Shown here: one piece after another, positions 1 through 8,584 of the stretch
Layout of the letters: each line of letters opens with the position of its first letter
Position numbering within the stretch: position 1 is the first letter of the stretch
Virus record (IMG/VR): IMGVR_UViG_3300025534_000030
Coordinates: 1 to 28,702 of that record
DNA: 28,702 bases
From: a virus
Lineage: Duplodnaviria; Caudoviricetes
Direction: 5' to 3' (one strand)
Position numbers and translations under genes: made by a program
Notes under the pieces: generated by a model
Seen by the model: the letters and a program-made list of their open reading frames with translations, nothing else
Told to the model about the DNA's origin: nothing
The model's database searches: none

Positions 1-197
1 GCTTTAGCTTTCAAATCCTCCAATTGCTTGTCGCGGTCGGCCAATTGCTTTTTGTACTCTTTGACTTGGCTATTCACCTCGTCAAATTTCTCCTTCGGAA
101 ACCAGTTTCCATCAGATACGACTGCTATTTTGTGTTCGCCGGCTTTTGCAGTCACCTGATTATACAGTTCCTCGCCTAACAGTTCTTTCAAATCCAT
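1..197 (-). CDS. Phage scaffolding / minor structural protein, GP20 family (5' part; runs off window)
   Basis: Not in ORF track. ATG at 195-197 preceded by AAGGAG; translates MDLKELLGEELYNQVTAKAGEHKIAVVSDGNWFPKEKFDEVNSQVKEYKKQLADRDKQLEDLKAKA; the 'PKEKFDEVN' motif and position after the minor capsid gene fit GP20 scaffolds. Confidence 0.85.
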   Translation of the reverse strand, partial: MDLKELLGEELYNQVTAKAGEHKIAVVSDGNWFPKEKFDEVNSQVKEYKKQLADRDKQLEDLKAK

Positions 198-217
198 TTA
201 TTATCGGCTCCTTTATT

Positions 218-276
218 GATGTTTTTTGGCGTGTCACACCTCACGCTGAAAGGATCCGTTCAGTTTTACGCCGAAC
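218..276 (-). ncRNA. Structured cis-regulatory leader upstream of GP20 gene (GP20-a/b-like candidate)
   Basis: Minus strand: hairpin GUUCGG-CGUAAAA-CUGAAC (258-276); hairpin GCGUG-AGGUGUGA-CACGC (229-246) whose loop GGUGU can pair with ACAUC (218-222) next to the RBS, forming an H-type pseudoknot. Confidence 0.5.
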
Positions 277-289
277 CTTTAAAGAGCGC

Positions 290-324
290 AATATAAAGCG
301 CCGAGAAACTCTCATTCCCGGCGC
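290..324 (-). terminator. Intrinsic terminator-like hairpin after minor capsid gene
   Basis: Minus strand GCGCCGGGAA-loop-UUCUCGGCGC followed by UUUAUAUU, directly after the stop at 328. Confidence 0.6.
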
Positions 325-327
325 GAT

Positions 328-1431
328 TTATACAATTTGTTCGCGGTCATATCTCCGCGTTCTTTCAGTTCGTCTGATAAATTCCCTCATCACCGCTTGC
401 CGTTCTCTAACTTTAGCTGCGGCGCGTTTTGCCCCTTCCTCATCGCCCATCGCTTCAAACATCGCTTTTTCCCGTTTAGCTTGACGGATACGGCGCTCCA
501 AGTACCTTTGTTTTTGGCTTTCGGCATAGCGCTTTTTGGTTTCCACTTCGTCATAATGGGGAAATCTTTTTATTGATAGCCCTTCAATATACGGATAAAG
601 GACATGCCGACAGTTAATACCCCCGATACCTTCGATGGTGCCGTATCCCGTTTCGCTCAACGGTGGATATTTGTTGTTTTGTCCGCTGATGGAATATATC
701 CGCCCTTGAAATGGGATATGCGACGGCCTAGAGTCCGCATGGCTCGATATTTCGACAAGATCAACGCCGTATTCTTGAAAGCGTGCTGTCTGCATCTCAT
801 TAGATACCTTTGACACCATCGACCTTGTGACCATGTTGATATAGGCCTCTGTCGACCATTTTCGTCCAGATTTATCAACAAGTGCCGGTATGCCTTTCTC
901 TGCCCACCTCTCAGCCGCTTCTCTGAGGGTCTCCTGAGGCGTTGAAACGCCTGTCAATACCTTCCCTACCGTCTGGTTGATGACGTCAATATAGGCCTGT
1001 TCTGCTTGCCCTAGCATGGTTGTATTAACTAGGTTGAATATATCCTGTGCCTGCGCTTGATAAGCGGCAAGTATGCCAGTTAATACAGTGCTGTCAGCGA
1101 TTGGCGGCGGCTGAACAAGTTTGCCTTGTCTGACCGCTTCTTCCAAATCATCTTCGAATTCTTCAACCGTTGAATATCCGGCTTTCTCAAGCATCTTCGA
1201 TATGGCATCGATGGCAAGGCCTGAATGCTTTGCAATTGTGATGATATTAGCCTGGGTCAATGACCCCAATTCTGCTAGTTTGAGAGATTCCCATGAATGA
1301 ATATCATCCTCCGTAAGCAGTGATTTATGTTCTCTTAGCCGTTTGGCGATATTGATGAGGATTTGCTCCTCGATAGACAAATAGACCTGCACGACCGGAA
1401 TGGTAAGTTGTTGCTGTTTTAGGTAGTCCAT
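328..1431 (-). CDS. Phage minor capsid protein (Phage_min_cap2-like head morphogenesis protein)
   Basis: 367 aa; motifs DKSGRKWS..AY, SSHADSRPSH, GGINCRH, QKQRYLERRIR; follows the portal gene. Confidence 0.9.
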   Translation of the reverse strand: MDYLKQQQLTIPVVQVYLSIEEQILINIAKRLREHKSLLTEDDIHSWESLKLAELGSLTQANIITIAKHSGLAIDAISKMLEKAGYSTVEEFEDDLEEAVRQGKLVQPPPIADSTVLTGILAAYQAQAQDIFNLVNTTMLGQAEQAYIDVINQTVGKVLTGVSTPQETLREAAERWAEKGIPALVDKSGRKWSTEAYINMVTRSMVSKVSNEMQTARFQEYGVDLVEISSHADSRPSHIPFQGRIYSISGQNNKYPPLSETGYGTIEGIGGINCRHVLYPYIEGLSIKRFPHYDEVETKKRYAESQKQRYLERRIRQAKREKAMFEAMGDEEGAKRAAAKVRERQAVMREFIRRTERTRRYDREQIV

Positions 1432-2915
1432 TATTCATTTCCACCGCCGACAAGTCCCAACATATCCACTTGTTCCGCGGTGGCCGTCGCATTTTCTTCA
1501 TTGATCTCTTGCAACCACTTTCTGGCTTCTTCCTCCGGCAAGTCATGAATTCGCATAATGGCCCGTACTTTCGGCATCAATCCTTGTGAGACCAACTTCG
1601 AATAATAATTGGCATTGGCATCCCGGTCTTGTGCCACCGAATCATCGAAATCAATAGTGACTTCATATTCATCCGGGGCATCGAAAAAGCCGTATAGTTC
1701 GGCCACTTCGCAAATAGTTGTGATGAGCTCTTTCAAGCCTTCCTCGATGGTGACCTCATGGCTGTTTTTCGTCCTGAACGTTTTGGAGTTTTCGCTGACT
1801 ACCTCCGTGGCTGTTTTTACCCCTTGCCCGTCGAACGTGAATGTTCCGGCACTAAAACCGATTTGCATGGCGAGAATATTAAGCAATGCGTTGATGGCAT
1901 CAATATGCTCTTGAACACGCAATTCAACAGATATGTCAACGATTTTGTCATCATCTAAGTTTGTATTGATAGCTTGGTAGACTTCATCATTGGCATCAAA
2001 GTATCTTCGCATCTGCCCGGTTTCCGGATCCACGACGGTTTTCACCGCAGCGGCCGGAACTATGATGCGTTTTTTGCCCAGACGGAATTCGCGCTCAAAA
2101 CTGTCAAACGCTGTATCAAGTTCTTTTAATGTATCCAGCGCATTGGCATAGAGAGAGATGCCAAGTGGTGACTGAATGTCGATATTATTGGCGATATTTG
2201 GCTTAAAATAAACGAAAAGCGGCCTTGATAGACCCTCAATCCGTGTTTCTTCTTCTAGTTCCGGGTATAGCGCGGATAGTGGCACCTTGACGCCTAATTC
2301 GGCTTTTGTAGATGACTGATAAAGTTCATTCCGGACCACATATGTCGGTCCATCCCAAGTATGCCACTCAAGTAACGTGAAATACTTGTCGCCTTTGCGG
2401 GTTTCGTTTACGAAAACGCCCTCAGTGATTTCATCGGCAGTCTGTGACACTGGGATAAAACAGTTTGCGGTGACATATGATAGCCGGATGCCTTTGTCAT
2501 CACCAAAGACTTTTATAACCATGCCACCCATGGCAAACATATATTCCAAGTAGCGCTGAAACTGTTTATAAAAACTATTCCGTTTAAAAGCATCTATGAC
2601 ATTTTCGGATAACTTCTCATCGGAAATGTTGATGACACATTTTTCATTAAAAACTAATGACGCCATTTCTTGAGCAATCACCTTCGGCATTCTCATGCTG
2701 TTCATGCGGCGCGTTTTTTTGCCCTGCAATGTAAAATAATCGAGATCATGCCATTCTGGATAATAGCCTTTATAAAGCGCGTACCACATATCAATGTGAT
2801 TATAAAAATCCTCTGATGCGATGACATCCTTCGATTCTAAAACACTTTTAATACCTTTGATTAAGCCCAATCTATACATCACCTGCCTTATCTTGGCGAT
2901 TATGTTTCTGAACAT
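1431..2915 (-). CDS. Phage portal protein (A118/SPP1 gp6-like)
   Basis: 494 aa; motifs SPLGISLY, EFRLGKKRI, KTATEVVSENS, IDFDDSV; follows the large terminase gene. Confidence 0.93.
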   Translation of the reverse strand: MFRNIIAKIRQVMYRLGLIKGIKSVLESKDVIASEDFYNHIDMWYALYKGYYPEWHDLDYFTLQGKKTRRMNSMRMPKVIAQEMASLVFNEKCVINISDEKLSENVIDAFKRNSFYKQFQRYLEYMFAMGGMVIKVFGDDKGIRLSYVTANCFIPVSQTADEITEGVFVNETRKGDKYFTLLEWHTWDGPTYVVRNELYQSSTKAELGVKVPLSALYPELEEETRIEGLSRPLFVYFKPNIANNIDIQSPLGISLYANALDTLKELDTAFDSFEREFRLGKKRIIVPAAAVKTVVDPETGQMRRYFDANDEVYQAINTNLDDDKIVDISVELRVQEHIDAINALLNILAMQIGFSAGTFTFDGQGVKTATEVVSENSKTFRTKNSHEVTIEEGLKELITTICEVAELYGFFDAPDEYEVTIDFDDSVAQDRDANANYYSKLVSQGLMPKVRAIMRIHDLPEEEARKWLQEINEENATATAEQVDMLGLVGGGNE

Positions 2916-2927
2916 GTGCTCACCGCC

Positions 2928-4229
2928 CTAAATAACGTAACGCTTATAAAAATAATTAACGCTATAGCGAAACTCGTCCATAGCGTGGTTAAAATTGTCA
3001 ATCGGCTTTCCGTTTTCATCCCGGGAGTACATGCCGATCTCTTTTATAAAGTTGTAATGGTCGTATTTATCGGTTTCGATTAAGAAAAATTGCTCATTTG
3101 TAATGACATTTTGTGAGCGCTCTATACCTACCTCAATGCCCTTAGATGAACCTTTGATGTCGTGAGCATTGTTGTCTGCTCCGCGGGTTTGAATGCCGAT
3201 AAGATGCAATTCCTCACGAAGTGATTTGCACGCGGGATCGACAAACACTTCTGTATATCGCATCTGAAACTTTTCAATGCACCATTGAATGAAAGCCTTG
3301 ATTTCTCTCGCATAAACACTCATCGCCTTTACTTGGCCGGTTTCTTTCCCGGAATGGTAATAATGGGCCACCCGATTTAGATAATATTTAAGTTTCCCAT
3401 TTACTTTCTTCCGGGTAACGATGTTACAGCTGCACGATGTTGCATCGGACTGCCCGCCATCGGCCACAAAATACATTTCGATGGGTTCACCTTGAAGTGC
3501 AGGCTTTATATTCTTCTCCATGTCGAACATGGAGTAAATGACGCCTTCCGGCAATACCCGTTTACCAAACCAGTCGCGCTGTAATAGGTATGGGTTCTTT
3601 TTCAGGGTTTCATAGATTTCTCGTTTGCGCTCTTCGGTAATAATCGGGTTGTCGTTGATCGTCCAATGCGTCCACCGCGTATTTTGAACATCGAAAACCT
3701 CTTTGATAACCGGATGATTCGGCGCCGGCGGGTTTAGATCGGCAAGATGATACCGGTCTTTGGCCGCGAAGGTCCTGCGGAAACACTCCTGAATCATGTC
3801 CATGTTCAAAAGGTTAATCTCACAAAATACAACGGATCCAAGGGACATACCAGTAATAGCGCCGACACTGTTTGCTTTGCCGCCGCCTTTGTAGTAGATT
3901 TTCTTTATTCCGTTTGGCGTATGGACCTCTAAGTGGTCTCCATGCTCGTCATGTTTTATATCTGCAAGACTGCCGAATATATGCATCAATCCGGTACCGT
4001 CTCCGTCGATAAAAAGACGGAATGCTTGCTCCTGGTTATACGCGACGATCAAGTGATTCTTATCACGTGTCCATGAGTAATAATCAGCCATTCTAAAATG
4101 ACCGGCTGTTGTTTTACCTGATCGCGGCGTTCCCTCAAATACATCCAAAGTGTAATCGTATGGACGATAAATAACCTCAAGCTGTTTCGGTGAGAAATGA
4201 ATATCACTGCTGTTCACTATTCTCACCAT
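2928..4229 (-). CDS. terL: Terminase large subunit (PBSX-type)
   Basis: Walker A GTPRSGKT, Walker B-like [14 protein letters not shown] motif, nuclease end [12 protein letters not shown]. Confidence 0.93.
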   Translation of the reverse strand: MVRIVNSSDIHFSPKQLEVIYRPYDYTLDVFEGTPRSGKTTAGHFRMADYYSWTRDKNHLIVAYNQEQAFRLFIDGDGTGLMHIFGSLADIKHDEHGDHLEVHTPNGIKKIYYKGGGKANSVGAITGMSLGSVVFCEINLLNMDMIQECFRRTFAAKDRYHLADLNPPAPNHPVIKEVFDVQNTRWTHWTINDNPIITEERKREIYETLKKNPYLLQRDWFGKRVLPEGVIYSMFDMEKNIKPALQGEPIEMYFVADGGQSDATSCSCNIVTRKKVNGKLKYYLNRVAHYYHSGKETGQVKAMSVYAREIKAFIQWCIEKFQMRYTEVFVDPACKSLREELHLIGIQTRGADNNAHDIKGSSKGIEVGIERSQNVITNEQFFLIETDKYDHYNFIKEIGMYSRDENGKPIDNFNHAMDEFRYSVNYFYKRYVI

Positions 4230-4989
4230 CTTTCTTCATTTGCTCATATTGTTTTCGGCCTTCAATAAGTGCTTCAAGCAAGCTAGTATCTTTCTTTTCT
4301 CCTTTAAGCAGCTTGACCCGTTCCTGTGCCAGTTCGGTTTCAGCTTTCGTTTTCTCAATTGCATTCTGCATTTGTTTAAGTTTCAACCTACGCTCGTCAT
4401 CTTCGTGAGCCAATTCATTGAACTGTTTGATCAAACTCCGAAGCTCTGCCATTGCCCGAGATTGAGCATTCAAAAAAGTCGCCTGGCGATCCCAGGCGAA
4501 TTGAAATTCGTATTCTATTTCATGACTTTCCTCACTATCAGTCAGTCTATTCTTTTCTTTCTTAAGTTCTTTAATCATTTCATCCTTGCTCTCAACAAAC
4601 ATGATTTGTTGTGCTCGAATTATAGCCGCATACTGGATCATGATTTGATCCCATATGAGATCGGCTGGACTCTTTTCATTGAGCATACCCATGATTTCTA
4701 ATGTTGCTTGGGGGATATACTTAGAAAAAAGACCATGTTTTTTGGCGTTTTGGTTCCCCTTTGGTGCGCCACCATCATTACCGACTGCGTTTTTATTACC
4801 CTTGGGTGCCCCTCTTTTCTTTTTTGTGTGCACACCTTTTTCTTTTGTATGCACACCATCACGGGACCATTTATAACGGGTTTTCCACGATTTTACGGTA
4901 TTCAGGGTGACGCCATATTTTTCTGCGATGTCTTTATATTTCATGCCTTTTAAGTAGTCTCGGTAGGCCAGTTCTTTTTGATCAGTCAC
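4204..4989 (-). CDS. terS: Terminase small subunit (N-terminal HTH, YqaS-like)
   Basis: [46 protein letters not shown] repeats, [24 protein letters not shown]; overlaps terL. Confidence 0.92.
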   Translation of the reverse strand: MTDQKELAYRDYLKGMKYKDIAEKYGVTLNTVKSWKTRYKWSRDGVHTKEKGVHTKKKRGAPKGNKNAVGNDGGAPKGNQNAKKHGLFSKYIPQATLEIMGMLNEKSPADLIWDQIMIQYAAIIRAQQIMFVESKDEMIKELKKEKNRLTDSEESHEIEYEFQFAWDRQATFLNAQSRAMAELRSLIKQFNELAHEDDERRLKLKQMQNAIEKTKAETELAQERVKLLKGEKKDTSLLEALIEGRKQYEQMKKDGENSEQQ

Positions 4990-5034
4990 TACATCTCACC
5001 CACCTCCGGGTATTGTTTTATGTTGTTTTGGAGC

Positions 5035-5064
5035 AAAAGAAAAAGCACCGCGATGGGTGCTTTT
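5035..5064 (-). terminator. Intrinsic terminator after the low-GC moron gene
   Basis: AAAAGCACC-GCGATG-GGTGCTTTT inverted repeat with an A-run on its left (U-tract on minus strand). Confidence 0.75.
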
Positions 5065-5077
5065 CATAATATTTCTC

Positions 5078-5395
5078 TTAACTAAGTTCTCTTAATAGAT
5101 TCCTTAATTCATTAGTCGCTTGATTGACGCCATTAAAATATTGTTCTCTGTCCAATTCCGGATTATCTAAAAAATAAAATCTTTCAAGAAAGACATCAAT
5201 ACGTTCTTTTATTTCGAGATTACTATCTCTATAATATGGAGATAATGTAGCAACTAATACTGTAAATGCCTTTCCAATTTGATCAATATAATCTGCATCA
5301 ATAACTCCATAAAGGCCTCCACGTCCATTTAAATTCAAGGCTCTTCTGGCAACCAATTCCAAACTCATAGAAATGTGATGATTACTCATGCTCAT
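5078..5395 (-). CDS. Hypothetical protein, AT-rich moron
   Basis: 105-aa ORF with AAGGAG RBS; visibly AT-richer than its neighbours; has its own terminator. Confidence 0.7.
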   Translation of the reverse strand: MSMSNHHISMSLELVARRALNLNGRGGLYGVIDADYIDQIGKAFTVLVATLSPYYRDSNLEIKERIDVFLERFYFLDNPELDREQYFNGVNQATNELRNLLRELS

Positions 5396-5462
5396 ACTTC
5401 CATTCTCCTTTCAATTCACATTATTCATCAGAAAGGAGAAATATTCAACTTTAAAATTATTT

Positions 5463-5511
5463 AAAAATAAAATCCCGAAAGCGCCCGTCGGATCCAAGCA
5501 GGCGCTTTCGT
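5463..5511 (-). terminator. Terminator-like hairpin in late leader
   Basis: CGAAAGCGCC...GGCGCTTTCG 10-bp stem (5477-5511) followed on the minus strand by GGAUUUUAUUUUU. Confidence 0.55.
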
Positions 5512-5582
5512 CAAGCAGCAGGTTCGACATATTATACTGACTTAATGATAGCCGGGAGTTTTACCTCGCCGACCTCCCTTCC

Positions 5583-5640
5583 AGTTTAACCGCACTTTTT
5601 ATTTTGGTGCAATTTCCCTGCATTCCCTGCAAAGTCTGCA
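5583..5640 (-). promoter_or_regulatory. Putative late promoter with activator-binding direct repeats
   Basis: Minus strand TGCAG/TGCAC x4 at 9, 9 and 11 bp spacing (5607-5640) in the 3' end of the activator gene; the last overlaps TTGCAC-18bp-TAAACT. Confidence 0.55.
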
Positions 5641-6026
5641 ATTTTGTCCACGATCGCATTTCTGATATTATAAACGTGTCGCTCAGAAAGTCCCATATGA
5701 CGAGAGATAGCGATCATCGACATGCCATCAAGCATACATTCCAAAACGGTTCTCTCGCGTTCATTTGTTATAGCTTTAGAGTATTCCTGTATAAACAGGA
5801 CCTTTTGTTCCAATCTCTCAACCCATCGACTTTTCTTCTCCCGCCGCAAATACTCCCGAAAAACCGGATCGCTATTTTGGCCGCTTCCTTTGGGTAACGA
5901 TGCCTCTATCCCATATTGTGCCGTTATACCGTCTCCGGCATCCTCAAGCATTTTTCGCTGCCGTTTTATCTCATTAATCATCCACTTGTAATCCCGAAGA
6001 GCATCAGCGATTTGTTTCTTATTCAT
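5586..6026 (-). CDS. Late transcriptional activator (ArpU / sigma70 region 4-like HTH)
   Basis: C-terminal HTH ERERTVLECMLDGMSMIAISRHMGLSERHVYNIRNAIV; last early gene before the packaging module. Confidence 0.8.
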   Translation of the reverse strand: MNKKQIADALRDYKWMINEIKRQRKMLEDAGDGITAQYGIEASLPKGSGQNSDPVFREYLRREKKSRWVERLEQKVLFIQEYSKAITNERERTVLECMLDGMSMIAISRHMGLSERHVYNIRNAIVDKIADFAGNAGKLHQNKKCG

Positions 6027-6038
6027 CCAATCACCCCT

Positions 6039-6200
6039 TTAAAACTGTTTAAAAGCCCCGCCAGAGGCGCGTTTGTACTTTGGACGATACATACCCATCA
6101 ACTCTTTTAAATCGCGCTCAGACAGCCGTTCTGTGCGCTTCTGCGGTTTTTTCTTAGGCACTAGCCCAATACGTTCCAATTCGCTTTGTAAGGTTCTCAT
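6039..6200 (-). CDS. Small basic phage protein
   Basis: MRTLQSELERIG...DLKELMGMYRPKYKRASGGAFKQF; RBS AAGGAGAG favours ATG at 6200 over 6221. Confidence 0.65.
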   Translation of the reverse strand: MRTLQSELERIGLVPKKKPQKRTERLSERDLKELMGMYRPKYKRASGGAFKQF

Positions 6201-6219
6201 GGCTTCTCTCTCCTTTCTC

Positions 6220-6279
6220 AAAAAGAAAAGGACACCAACACCGCAGATGCGATTATTGGTGCCCCGGTTGTTCCGGTAG
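6220..6279 (-). terminator. Terminator with overlapping upstream mini-hairpin (attenuator-like)
   Basis: Minus strand CUACCGG-AACAA-CCGG then GGGCACCAA...UUGGUGUCC-UUUUCUUUUU. Confidence 0.7.
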
Positions 6280-6306
6280 CATTTCGTATTTTACTCGTAC
6301 TACGCA

Positions 6307-6462
6307 TTAAAACTTTGTTATGACCTCAATATCATCTATGTCGTCAACTTCCAAAACTTCCGACACCTCATCAAGTTCAATATCACCATTAATGGATTCT
6401 TTAAGTTTTACAATTAATTCTACGGAAGCTGTTGCCCACACTTTTGCTTTGTATCGTTCCAT
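6307..6462 (-). CDS. Small acidic hypothetical protein (51 aa)
   Basis: Below track cutoff. MERYKAKVWATASVELIVKLKESINGDIELDEVSEVLEVDDIDDIEVITKF; RBS AAGGAG. Confidence 0.6.
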   Translation of the reverse strand: MERYKAKVWATASVELIVKLKESINGDIELDEVSEVLEVDDIDDIEVITKF

Positions 6463-6497
6463 TTTCAACTTTCTCCTTCCTACTTCGCACTTTTCCT

Positions 6498-6671
6498 CTA
6501 CTTCACCGTATAACTAACCTCATACATCACCGGCTTACCGTTTTGCCATGTAATAATCTGCTTCCCGAACCCGACGCCCGGGACATCTAGCTTTTCTATT
6601 TTGCCGTCTAATACACGATAAACAGCATTTTCAAGAAGGCTGACTTTTGCTTCCAACTTGTATTCTTCCAT
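6498..6671 (-). CDS. DUF3954 / XtrA-YqaO-like small protein (57 aa)
   Basis: Below track cutoff. MEEYKLEAKVSLLENAVYRVLDGKIEKLDVPGVGFGKQIITWQNGKPVMYEVSYTVK; motif GFG.Q.I.WQNGK; RBS GGGGAGG. Confidence 0.75.
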   Translation of the reverse strand: MEEYKLEAKVSLLENAVYRVLDGKIEKLDVPGVGFGKQIITWQNGKPVMYEVSYTVK

Positions 6672-6685
6672 CCCGGCCTCCCCTT

Positions 6686-6741
6686 TGATAAAATTATTGT
6701 AGCGATTGGTTTATGGGGCCCGGGATTTCCGGGCTTTTTTT
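6686..6741 (+). ncRNA. Putative antisense sRNA cassette (~40 nt)
   Basis: Extended -10 TGaTAAAAT (6686-6694), then GCCCGG-GATTT-CCGGGC-T7 terminator (6718-6741), opposite to the operon. Confidence 0.45.
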
Positions 6742-6860
6742 CATTTCCCGCTTTTTTCGCGATTCTTGATTTCTTCCCTTGCCTCTTCTCGAATCACTTG
6801 CCGCTGCCATTCAACGCTGCCGAGCTTTGGTTTTTCAGTGAAGATCCGTCTCTTTCTCAC
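6741..6860 (-). CDS. Small hypothetical protein (39 aa)
   Basis: GTG start with GGGGGTG RBS; MRKRRIFTEKPKLGSVEWQRQVIREEAREEIKNREKSGK. Confidence 0.5.
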   Translation of the reverse strand: MRKRRIFTEKPKLGSVEWQRQVIREEAREEIKNREKSGK

Positions 6861-6864
6861 AATT

Positions 6865-7026
6865 TCACCCCCTTATCTTCGGAATCATGGAACCACCATT
6901 ACGCTTGCAATCTACGCCCATTCTTGATGCACACCGCCGATAGAGGGGACAACGCATACATAACGCTTGTCCATCTTCCCGGCGCATCCAGTCAGGTCTT
7001 GTGTCGATGATGGTCACTCGGGACAT
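6865..7026 (-). CDS. Small Cys-rich hypothetical protein
   Basis: MSRVTIIDTRPDWM...CMRCPLYRRC...C; start adjusted to the ATG at 7026. Confidence 0.55.
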   Translation of the reverse strand: MSRVTIIDTRPDWMRREDGQALCMRCPLYRRCASRMGVDCKRNGGSMIPKIRG

Positions 7027-7174
7027 ATCGCCACCATCCTTTGACCTCGCCATGAATCTGGATCAACTTTTCCCAATTACGATTGACAAAACTATAAATC
7101 GGGTAAATCAGAAACGTGTTAAAGAGAACTAACACAATGCAAATGCATATCAATGCATAAACCAACGTCATCAC
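6992..7174 (-). CDS. Small membrane protein
   Basis: N-terminal hydrophobic helix LVYALICICIVLVLFNTFLI; ATGA overlap with the DUF1064 gene. Confidence 0.55.
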   Translation of the reverse strand: MMTLVYALICICIVLVLFNTFLIYPIYSFVNRNWEKLIQIHGEVKGWWRYVPSDHHRHKT

Positions 7175-7578
7175 CTACCCCTTTTAGCTTGCCTTCTCAA
7201 TTCCTTGAGCTCGTCCAATTCAATCCATCCACCGTATTTCTTCACGTATGTAATCAAGCTGAGTTTATGGGGATAGATTTTATTAAACAATTTTTTCTTG
7301 ATTTTGAAGGCTTCGGTCTCAATCCCCTTTACGTCAATGACCTCGATGTTGCCGTCTTTGTGATGTACTTCAAAGTCCGCAATGTATTCAATTTTCCGGT
7401 ATGTCTTTCCGTCCTTCTTAAATGCCGGCTGTAGCAAATATCTCGGTTGTAACCGGAAGAAAAGTATCTCGCCGGCTTTCTCAAGAAGTTTGAGATGTTG
7501 GTAGTATCGCGCTTCAATTTTGCTGTCGAAAACATGGCCATCTAATTCTACTTTCCTGCTGTTATATTTTGCCGGCAC
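7171..7578 (-). CDS. DUF1064 family PD-(D/E)XK-type nuclease
   Basis: KYNSRKVELDGHVFDSKIEARYY, LQPRYLL, YIADFEV, IDVKG motifs. Confidence 0.85.
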   Translation of the reverse strand: MPAKYNSRKVELDGHVFDSKIEARYYQHLKLLEKAGEILFFRLQPRYLLQPAFKKDGKTYRKIEYIADFEVHHKDGNIEVIDVKGIETEAFKIKKKLFNKIYPHKLSLITYVKKYGGWIELDELKELRRQAKRGR

Positions 7579-7709
7579 TGCACTCGCTCCCTATACAACT
7601 TGTCTATCTGTTCGTCAGAGAAGTGATTGAATATCGCCCGCTCCCAACCCGTGAAAAGCATCAGCATCCGAATCTTGTATTCTCGGACCTTATCAGCACC
7701 CATTTGCAT
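7548..7709 (-). CDS. BH0509-like small protein (53 aa)
   Basis: Below track cutoff. MQMGADKVREYKIRMLMLFTGWERAIFNHFSDEQIDKLYRERV...; 'TG....F..SDE.I..LY' pattern. Confidence 0.55.
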   Translation of the reverse strand: MQMGADKVREYKIRMLMLFTGWERAIFNHFSDEQIDKLYRERVQCRQNITAGK

Positions 7710-7816
7710 GCCCCCAGAACGCCCATATTTGCCTTCTGCGCCATTTTTATTTACTCAACGATAAAAATTATTACTACAGTCCAAAATCCCGTTAGAAGCG
7801 AAATATGGAGGTTATA

Positions 7817-8068
7817 TTAGCATCCTTGTTCTCTCACTTGCTCGGCAATCGCCACAGCCACCGCCGCAACTTGAATAAGCTCACTGTACAGATCTTTGTC
7901 GTCAGTATCTTTGCTCCATTTTTGGCCGCTCTGCATCGCCTGGGCAACTTCTCCGACTTCTTCGCTTAGAATCATTAGCCATACGGGATACGGATGTCTC
8001 TGAACACCCCATTTGGCATTTTGCCGCGCTCGCTCTTTAGCAATGTCATCAAGTACTTTGTTCAACAT
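7817..8068 (-). CDS. MazG-like NTP pyrophosphohydrolase
   Basis: ERARQNAKWG, ILSEEVGEVAQA, ELIQVAAVAVA: all-alpha MazG-like pattern. Confidence 0.8.
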   Translation of the reverse strand: MLNKVLDDIAKERARQNAKWGVQRHPYPVWLMILSEEVGEVAQAMQSGQKWSKDTDDKDLYSELIQVAAVAVAIAEQVREQGC

Positions 8069-8417
8069 ATCGCCACCCCCGTTTCATGTTTTCTAGCAAT
8101 CTTCCAAACGTACTTGGATCCATACCCAACGCCTGGCTAATACGTTTCTGCGTCACACCGTTTTTGATGAGATAGCGCACCTCCGATGTCGTCATATCCT
8201 CTCCCTTTGAAAGAATCGCATGAATCCGTTCGTCTTCGGTGTTCCTTGGTTTCTTTTGATACAACTGCCTTCCGAGTTCTTGAAGCCTGTCCAAAACCGG
8301 ACAACCACGGCATTCATTCAGATAATAGCCCCGCGGATTGTGTTTTGGGCACCGCCGGCAAATTGCGAGTTGTTCTTCAATCCGATCGTAAACTTTCATC
8401 CGTTCTGCTTCTTGCAT
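8049..8417 (-). CDS. Zinc-finger + HTH phage protein
   Basis: CRRC...CRGCP followed by GVTQKRISQALGMDPSTFGRLL. Confidence 0.7.
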   Translation of the reverse strand: MQEAERMKVYDRIEEQLAICRRCPKHNPRGYYLNECRGCPVLDRLQELGRQLYQKKPRNTEDERIHAILSKGEDMTTSEVRYLIKNGVTQKRISQALGMDPSTFGRLLENMKRGWRYVEQST

Positions 8418-8584
8418 GCCGCATCCTCCTTCCTAAAGAACGCCATCTTGTAGGTGCCATATGGTCCATGGCACCATTTTGGTCCATCCACAAGCGTCCA
8501 TCCGGCATTGAGGGCTAGTTTTAATTCCCGTTCAAACTGAACCGGATCGGGTGTTTTGATGCGCTTTTTCAGCATCAGCCTCAC
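8396..8584 (-). CDS. Small hypothetical protein
   Basis: 62-aa ORF tightly packed in the operon. Confidence 0.5.
   Translation of the reverse strand: MRLMLKKRIKTPDPVQFERELKLALNAGWTLVDGPKWCHGPYGTYKMAFFRKEDAACKKQNG

Noticed and set aside
3815-3835. Inactivated terminase (Walker B reads VVFCE instead of hhhhDE)
   Set aside because: The catalytic Glu and all other motifs are intact; likely a family variant rather than a pseudogene.
4740-4860. Short direct repeats in terS (GVHTK x2, GAPKGNxNA x2)
   Set aside because: Common feature of this TerS family; a pac site cannot be assigned from sequence alone.
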